Part shown: positions 53,280-64,000 of the stretch, piece by piece
Position numbering within the stretch: the stretch's first letter is position 1
How the letters are laid out: each line of letters starts with the position of its first letter
NCBI RefSeq assembly: GCF_009914755.1
Contig: NC_060929.1
From: the human T2T-CHM13v2.0 reference genome, Homo sapiens
Direction: 5' to 3' (one strand)
Length of the DNA: 64,000 bases
Notes under the pieces: generated by a model
Seen by the model: only the letters and a program-made list of their open reading frames with translations
The model's database searches: none
What the model was told of the DNA's origin: nothing
Position numbers and translations under genes: made by a program

Positions 53280-55440
53280 CTTTTGATGGCAGTGTAAGAC
53301 TACCACCTCCTTGGGTTTTTGCACTGCGTGCAATAACTCCATGGTTTCTTTGTGATATTTAATGGGGGTTCCCCCAGAGGTTAGGAACTCCCTTTCTTTC
53401 CATATTGCAGCATGGGCATGTAGGATTAGATAAGCATACTTGCTATCTGTATAAACATTTATTCTTTTTCCCTTTCCCAGTTCTAAGGCTTGGGTAAGTG
53501 CCACTAGTTCTGCTAACTGGGCGCTGGTCCCTGGGGGAAGAGGCTTACTTTCAAGTATGGTTACATCACTAACTATGGCATAACCTGCCCTTCGTATCCC
53601 ATTCTCCACAAATGAACTTCCATCAGTATATAGGTTAAGGTCAGGATTAGCTAAGGGGACTTCTAAAAGATCATCTCGGGCAGCATAAGTCTGGACTATA
53701 ATTTATTGGCAGTCATGCTCAATTGCTTCCCCATCCTATGGAAGAAAAGTGGCAGGATTGACAGGCATGCACGTACGTATTTGAAGCACTGGTCCCTCAA
53801 GGAGTAGCACCTGGTATGTAAGTAGGTGTTGTCTGATATCCATAACCTTCCTTTGGCACCTAGTATGCCATTTACATCATGACTAGTCCAGAGAGTGAAA
53901 TCCTTTCCTTGTATTATCTTGATAGCCTCTGACACTAAGACAGCCACCGCCTTAACTAACTGTAAACAGTGAGACCAACCTTTTGCTACTACATCAATTT
54001 CCTTACTTAGGTATGCCACTGGTTGTGGGGTTGTCCCACGAGTCTGAGTAAGGACTCCAAGAGATATCCCTGCTCTCTCTGTGATGTATAAAGATAAATT
54101 TTGTCCTGTGGGAAGACTTAAAGCTGGAGCTTGTACTAGGGCCTGCTTTAAGGTTTTGAAGACTGTTTCTGCCCCTGGTTCCTATTCTACTAGATGAGTA
54201 TTTGCCCTCTGGGTCTCCTTGATTTGAGTATAGAGGGGCCTGGCTATCTCGCTCTATCTGGGGATCCATAGTCAGCAAAAGCTGGTGATTCCAAGGAACC
54301 CCTGCAATGGTTTTAATGTCTTAGGGCAAGGATAAACCAGTATAGGCTGTATTTGTTCCTTGCTGAGGGCCCTGGTCCCTCTGGCTAAGATTAGGCCTAG
54401 ATATTTAACCTGCTGTAGGCAAAGCTGGGTGTTTGACCTAGGTGCCTTGTATCCTTGATTAGCTACAAAGTTCAAGAGATCTAGAGTAGCCTGCTGGCAT
54501 GAGGCTTCTGAATTGGTAGCCAAAAGTAAATCATCCACATACTGAAGGTCCAGAGTGCCTGGACTTGAGAAGTGGCCTAGATCTTGGGCCAGCACCTGAC
54601 CAAACAGGTGAGGACTATCCCTAAACCCTTGGGGCAAGATTGTCCACGTAAGTTGGGACGTGTGGTCTGTGGGATCCTCAAAGGCAAAGAGAAACTGGGA
54701 GTCAGAGTGCAGGGGAATACAGAAGAAGGCATCCTTGAGGTCCAGAACAGTGAACCATTCTGGTTCCTCTGGTATTTGAGAGAGCAAGGTATAGGGGTTG
54801 GGTATAACTGGATATAGAGAAATTACTGCCTCACTGATGAGTCTAAGATCTTGCACTAGTCTCCACTGACCATTTGGTTTTTGTACTCCTGGAATTGGGG
54901 TGTTGCAGGGACTGCTGCATTTCCTTACTAAGCCTTGAGCTTTTAAATGTTTAACAATATCCTGTAATCCTTTATGAGCTTCAGGCCTTAAGGGATATTG
55001 CTTTTGATAAGGAAAAATGGTGGGATCTTTAACCTGATTTGGAGTGGGTGGGCATTTTTTGCCCTTCCAAATTGCCCTTCCAATGCCCAGCCTTCAGGGT
55101 TGATTCCCTCCTCAAGCAGGGGACAACAAATGGGTAACTTGTTCCCCATATTCATGTAGATAATAGCTCCAGCTTTGGCTAATATATCCCTCCCTAATAA
55201 GGGTGTGGGTCTTTCAGGCATGACAAGAGAGGCATTTGAAAAGAGCAAAGTCTCCCAATTACAACTGAGGAAGTGGGAGAAATACCTGGTTACAGGCTGT
55301 CCCAGGATTCCTCAGATGGTAACAGACCTTGAGGACAGTCGTCCAGGACAGGAGATTAACACTGAGAAGGCCGTGCAGTGTCCAGGAGGAAGTCAATTTC
55401 CTGGCCCTCAATGGTTAAACATACCCGGGGCTCAGTGAGG
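53280..55440 (-). pseudogene. pol: HERV9 pro-pol (protease, RT, RNase H), disrupted; integrase absent
   Basis: PLLGRDIL (protease); LDLKDAFF, LPQGF, YVDD (RT, ORF 54272-54856); SAQLAELVALT, YTDSKYA (RNase H). Confidence 0.92.
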
Positions 55441-56935
55441 GTGATGACATGAGCTGGCGCTTGCCCTGGACACCCTCAGTCCTCTTGTTGGATCATCTGG
55501 TTGGGGGCTTCTGGCCCAGAGAACCATTGTACTCTGGGGCAGTGCACCTTCCAGTGATTGCCTCGGCATAGTGCACATGGATGAGGGGGCAGCTTGTTTC
55601 TCATTGGATGATCTTATTTAAAGTGTCCTTGTAAACTACAGTGATAACAAGCCCTACCAGGTGATTGGCCTGCTCCATTTTCTGTCCTCTCTGAACCACC
55701 AAGGTTTGTCTGTCTGAGGGCCATGACTAAGGCTGCGGGCCTTCTCTGATCTCACTTTTCCTTTTTGGCCTGTTCCTCTTGGGCCCTATTATAGAACACT
55801 GAGGTTGCCAGGTTTAATAATGCCTCCAGATTTTGTTCAGGGCCCAGGGCTCACTTTTGGAGCTTTCTCCTGATGTCTGCGGCTGATTGGGTAATAAACT
55901 TATCTTTTAGAATCAATTGACCCTCAAGTGAGTCAGGTGACAGGGGAGTATATTTTCTTAAGGCCTCCTGTAGCCACTCGAGGAAGGCAGAAGGATTTTC
56001 TTCCTTTCCCTGACTTATGGTGGATATCATTGAATAATTCATGGGGTTTTTCCTAATTCTCCTTAGTCCTTCTAGAACACAGGTCAACAGAGGTTTGTGA
56101 CTCCAGTCCCCAAAATCTGAGTCAAGGTCCCAGTGGGGATCCATTCTGGGGACAGCTTGCTGACAGGTAGGGAATTTGTCCCTTTTTCAGCTGTCATTCT
56201 ATCATTTACTTGACTAAGATACTAGATATCTCCAAACTCTCAGGCTGCCACTACAGCTGTATTCTTTTCATAAAGGGCCAGGGTTTGAGCTAACAATAGC
56301 ATGACATCTCTCCAAGTGAGATCGAAGGTTTGCCCTAGACCCTGTAGGACATCTATGTACCTATCAGGATCATCTGAAAACTTCCCCAGGTCTGCCTTGA
56401 TCTGCTTTAAATCAGAGAGGGAGAAAGGGACATGTACCTGGGTTGGGCCAAATTCCCCTCCACCTACAGCTTGAAAGGGACATAACCAATAGGCTGGGGG
56501 TTTTTGTGGTCCCTTGGAGATATCTTTGCTTGTTTCCTTCTGGATAGGGGAGATTGGAGGAGGCTTATTAATAGGAAGGGGAGCTATAGGGAGGCTAGGA
56601 TATGGGGGTAAGCTGAAAGGTCCTCCTGTGGGATGTAAATTGCAAGTTTTGTGTACTTGTGTATTCTCCTTCAATGAAAAGAAAGCTTGGACATAAGGCA
56701 TTTCCCTCCATTTGCCTTCCCTCTTACAGAAAAGGTCAAGCTGCAGGATAGTATTATAATTTATACTTCACTCTGATGGCCGTTTTTCCCCATCACAGAG
56801 AGAATACTGGGGCCACGCTATGGTGCAGAAAAAAATGAGCTGCCTGTTTTTCAGGGTTTTTGGGTCAAATTGGTCCCAATGGCTTAGGATGCATTTCACA
56901 GGTAAGCCTGTTGACGCCTGATTGTTTCCCATCTG
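55440..56935 (-). pseudogene. gag: HERV9 gag, frameshifted
   Basis: MGNNQAS...CILSHWDQFDP, VHVPFSLSDLKQIKADLGKFSDDPD and MHR-like QGKEENPSAFLEWL in separate ORFs. Confidence 0.9.
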
Positions 56936-56980
56936 AAAGACAAAACTGCCTGTGGTTTTGGTTTGTTTGTTTCTCCCCCT

Positions 56981-57215
56981 GCCCAAGAACCCACAATGGT
57001 CCCTGGACCCTGCTGATTGGAATAGTTGTACTCACCGACGCAGCAGCAGAAACACCTCTTGCCCAAGAACCCACAACGGTCCCTGGACCCTGCTGATCAG
57101 AATAGTTGTGCCCAACAATGCATCAGCAGAAATAACCCCTGCCCAAGAACCTGCAACAGTCCCTGGACGTTGCTGACTGGAATAGTTGCGCTCACTGATG
57201 GAGCAGCAGAAACAC
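56981..57215. repeat. 80-bp tandem repeat x ~3 in the HERV9 leader
   Basis: gcccaagaac starts at 56981, 57061 and 57141. Confidence 0.92.
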
Positions 57216-59100
57216 TAGTTTTCCTCCCAGATCACAAGGAGGACCCAGAAGGTCAGATTTAGTGGTGCTTACCAATGGATTCTCAAAAACCTGCACCCTT
57301 GCCTGTCCTCCTAGACCACAAAGAGGACTGAGAAAAATCAGATTTAGTGGCCCTTACTGATGCACTCTTGAAAACATTTTAGAGTCCTAAGCAGTCTCCT
57401 GTTAGTATTGGGACTTTACCTGTGTCCAATAAAGATGTTATGCCCTAAAAATGAGGTTGAGGTCCACACCCTGAGGAAGGGAAGGGATATCCAGAGTTGA
57501 AAGAGTGATGCCTTTTGTCCTCACTTATATGAATAGGAAGGATACAATTTCTGAGTCTCCCCATATCCTAGCTTCAGAAATAGCTTTTGTTAGGCCTGCT
57601 TGTCTGAAGAGGGATCCTAAAATTCCAGATAGTCCCCCCTACAATGGGGCTTTGGGCAAAAATTATGTCTTTCTGATTGGTGAGCCCGGGTGCCTAAAGA
57701 AGGTAACAGAGTCCTGGAATTTATACTAGAAATCATTCTTATAGGAGAAACTAGGAAAGCACCAGAGACAGGGAGTGGTTTTTATAAGCGGGGCTAGCCT
57801 CGGAGAAGAGAGGCGAGAAGGTCTGTCTGGCAGGTGCCAGGACTCATGGGGCAAGGGTCAGGATAGATCGGCGAGTCTTGCTTGGGCGACACGCCTTTGA
57901 GAGTTCTGCTCATGGCCGCAGGGTCAACCAATGTGTTGTCAGGCCCCTGGAGCTGAATGGCTTTCCTCTCTGTTGACCCTCGGCTCTGCCCAGAAGTACA
58001 GGAAAAGCGGAAGCTGGTTCCAGGCAAACCAACACTCCCAACTCTGAAGATTTGGGGGTTGTTAGAAAGCCCTTTCCCAGAAAGCCTGACACCTGTGTCT
58101 TTGGTCCAGTGGCCGCACTAGTCGCTTTTAACTGGCTGGCAGGTGCCCAGTATTTAGCCCCCAAATTCTAAGGAAAAATAGGACAGAATAGCAAGCAAAA
58201 GGGATCTGATGGTACTCACTGCTTGGTGACAGGCAATAGTCTCACCACTTGGCAATAGGTGATGGTCCCTTCATGGTTGCCAAATTGTGTCTGGAATTGG
58301 TTCCTTCCGGTGGGTTCTTGGTCTTGCTGTCTTCAAGAATGAAGCCGCGGACCCTTGTGGTGAGTGTTAAAGTTCTTAAAGATGGTGTGTCTGGAGTTTG
58401 TTCCTTCAGATGTTCAGATGTGTTTGGAGTTTCTTCCTTGTGGTGGGTTCTTGGTCTTGCTGGCTTCAGGAGTGAAGCCGCAGACCTTCACAGTGAGAGT
58501 TACAGCTCTTAAAGGCGGGATGTCCAGAGTTGTTCATTCCTCCTGGTGGGTTCATGGTCTCGCTGGATTCAGGAGTGAAGCTGCAGACTTTCACGGTGAG
58601 TGTTACAGCTCATAAAGGCAGTGCAGACCCAAAGAGTGAGCAGCAGCAAGATTTATTGTGAAGAGTGAAAGAACAAAGCTTCCACAGCGTGGAAGGGGAC
58701 CTGAGCGAGTTGCCACTGCTGGCTCAGGTGGACTGCTTTTATTCCCTTATTTGGCCCCACCCACATCCTGCTGATTGATCCATTTTACAGAGAGCTGATT
58801 GGTCCATTTTACAGAGTGCTGATTGGTCTATTTTACAGAGTGCTGATTGGTCCGTTTTACAGAGTGCTGATGATGGGTCCATTTTTACAGAGTGCTGATG
58901 ATGGGTCCATTTTTACAGAGTGCTGATTGGTGCATTCACAAACCATTAGCTAGACACAGAGCAGTGATTGATTGGTGCATTTACAATCCTTTATCTAGAC
59001 AGAAAAGTTCTCCAAGTCCCCAGCTGACCCAGAAGCCTGGCCAGCTTCACCTCTCAGTACTTTTTATGACATCCCTTGATACTGTAATCTGTATAAAAGG

Positions 59101-61510
<2,410 letters not shown>

Positions 61511-61859
61511 TGTGGGATAGAATTTTGAATCTGGATTATCCACCAACTTGTTGACAATGAGGGCTCCCATCACCAGTAACAAGTGGAGTGCAGATAGCTC
61601 CAGATACAAGGTAGCAATGCAATTGTTTAAACTTTTGACCCTACTTGAATCACATGCTCACCTACTCACCATGGACTGAATGACAGGGGACAATGACAGG
61701 GGACCTGACTTGGGCCATATACCTTGTAATTGGGAACAGGGAGGGCACTGTGATGGAAGTTCAATATAGCCACATGAAGAGGGTTAGAGTTTACCAAATA
61801 AAGGGATGATGCAGTGTCCAGTGCAGTTCTAGGTGCAGTTCTAGTTACAAAAGTTCTTC

Positions 61860-62348
61860 TCATGGCCTTTAAGGCTCTAGTTGACCTGGCCCCTGTCTTT
61901 CTAACTTCATCTCCTTCTCCTCTTCCCCAAGCATTCTAGGCAACACTGGCCTTTTCACTATTCCTTAAATATGATAAGGATTTAATTCCTGCCTCAAGGC
62001 CTTTGCACCTATTCTGTTTGTTAGAAGGTGATCCTCTTCATGTCACCATGACTACTCCTTCACTACATTTGGTTCTGTGTTCAAATGTCACTTTTTCAGA
62101 CAGTTCTTCCCTGATCCCTTCCAGAATCACTTTATTCATATTCTTTGTCTTTACCTAGCTTTATTTTTCTTGAGATTGCTAAATTGCATTTGAAATTAAA
62201 TTATTTTTGTTTGTAACATTGTTTCTCATTCATTTGAATATCAGCTCCATAGAGAAAGAATTGTGCTTTTTTCAGAGCTGAATCCATTGCTTTCAGAGTA
62301 GTACGTAGCATACGGTAGGTTTTGGATAATAATTATGGAATAAATGAA
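61860..62348 (+). mobile_element. LINE-2 3' fragment
   Basis: cctgcctcaaggcctttgcac...ttcaaatgtcac...aataaatgaa. Confidence 0.65.
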
Positions 62349-62439
62349 GATAAAAGTCACACTAAAATAGAGATGTCAAGTAGGGTGGTTTAACTGGAGA
62401 AAACAATGATAAAGATTTCTTGGAGGGGTATCACTATCA

Positions 62440-62719
62440 CTTTCTCATCCAGGCTAGACTGTAATGGCATGATCAGGGCTCACTGCAGCCTCAAACTTTT
62501 GGGCTCAAGAGATCCTCCTGGCTCAGTCTTCCAAGTTACTAGGACTACAGGTGTGCACCATCATGCCCAGCTAATATAAAAAAATTAACAAATTTTTTTT
62601 TTGGAAAAAGGTCTTGCTATGTTGCCTGGAGTGGTCTCAAACTCCTGGGCTCAAGTGATCAACCTGCCTTGGCCTCCCAAAGTGCAGAGATTACAGTTGT
62701 GAGCCACCACATCCTGCCC
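62440..62719 (-). mobile_element. AluJ (diverged)
   Basis: Alu dimer lacking a clear tail. Confidence 0.85.
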
Positions 62720-63241
62720 AAAGAGATGGCATTTGAATTGGACCTCAAACGATGGGCAAAATTGGTAGGCAGAAATGGAAAAGTCCAGATAGAGAAACTT
62801 GTGTGGGGAAAGGCACTTTTGTGGGACAATATACAGGAGTGAGTAGTCTATTGTGATAAGAGTTATGGGGTAGTTTGGTAACATAGGCCAAGTCATTTTG
62901 GGTCTGGTTCATACTGTGATCCAAGTTCAGTTGATAAGTAATGTCTAGCTATGGGATTCATATTCTCAAAAGTTATTGCTATTATGCTTTGAGTTAACTA
63001 ATTTGTGGTTTCTGCTCATAGTTCAAATGAATTTACCTACTTCGTAACACAGCAGCTAGTTGATACTTACCTATAGTATGTGCAGTTTAAATAGTTACCT
63101 TCTTTGTTATCCCTGTGCAAGATTCTAGGATAATGTAGAGAAGACCAAGGTTCTAATAAAGTCAACAGATGATATGGGAGAGAGTGATGTTGGTTTCTAA
63201 GCCTGTGACAAAGGTCCATATTTTGATAAAAGCTTAGGTAA

Positions 63242-63579
<338 letters not shown>

Positions 63580-64000
63580 TTAAGAGCTCTTACAATGGAT
63601 AGCAGAGAGGTTATAGGTTATTGATGTTTGCTTTTTTTGCCTTGTTTTTGACATTCAATAGTATATACTTCTGTTTATTTAGATTCCTAATACTTAATCA
63701 ACATTTGAGAAATACTTAATATTTAACAAATATTAAATCAATAATTTAAATATTCAGATTATAGAAGTTTCTGGAAAGATGATTGAATGAGAGTAAGTTT
63801 GCCTTATTCCTCTTCCTGAAACCTACAGATACGAACAAAAAGAGCCAAATAGAAAGGAAAAATTATATCTACAACAAAAGCAGCAGACAGCTAAATTCCA
63901 CATCACTGACTACTGAAGAATATCTCCTAGAAGCAAGATCACTTGAACCAAATTAATTGAAGATGGATGTTCAGACCTTTCTCCTATATCCTCTGATATT

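Larger units (their letters stand above)
51578..59056 (-). mobile_element. HERV9 provirus, internally deleted; 3' LTR 51578-52335, 5' LTR 58286-59056
   Basis: Two homologous LTR12-type LTRs; TSD GTAC at 51574-51577 and 59057-59060; tRNA-Arg-type PBS at 58265-58282; PPT at 52336-52350; gag-pro-pol and env remnants. Confidence 0.95.

Noticed and set aside
54272-54856. RT ORF as a novel reverse-transcriptase system
   Set aside because: It is a fragment of ordinary HERV9 pol, bounded by stops and frameshifts, between two LTRs.
56981-57215. 80-bp periodic repeat as a repeat-spacer array
   Set aside because: The whole unit is duplicated; it is an ordinary tandem repeat in the retroviral leader.

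Overview
Primate (human or near-human) genomic DNA holding the 3' end of YTHDC2, the meiotic DExH RNA helicase/m6A reader, on the + strand. Seven coding exons (327-522, 12258-12367, 14089-14381, 16974-17151, 23842-24045, 24797-24979, 26104-26184) splice in frame through the OB-fold, a Ser/Pro-rich linker and the YTH domain to the stop codon. A probable 91-nt intron follows 7 nt after the stop, then a ~1.8-kb non-coding last exon ending near 28086. Most of the rest is transposable-element sequence: a full-length dead intronic L1 with its TSD, many Alus, L2/MIR, MaLR and ERV1 LTRs, a piggyBac MER85, a truncated ERV1 with a tRNA-Pro-like PBS, a solo LTR12C and an internally deleted HERV9 provirus. 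Almost all ORF-track entries outside the exons are repeat-derived or chance ORFs. I found no convincing new gene or system. The best leads are structural: a nested insertion (L1 > polyadenylated orphan retrocopy > AluY > LTR12C, plus HERV9), two independent ERV9 insertions 45 bp apart forming a long inverted repeat, an apparently A-to-G hypermutated LTR8-like fragment, a ~250-bp local templated duplication, a perfect 32-bp AT-rich VNTR and a chimeric Alu. Repeat subfamily names and residue numbers come from recall and need RepeatMasker/Dfam or database confirmation.
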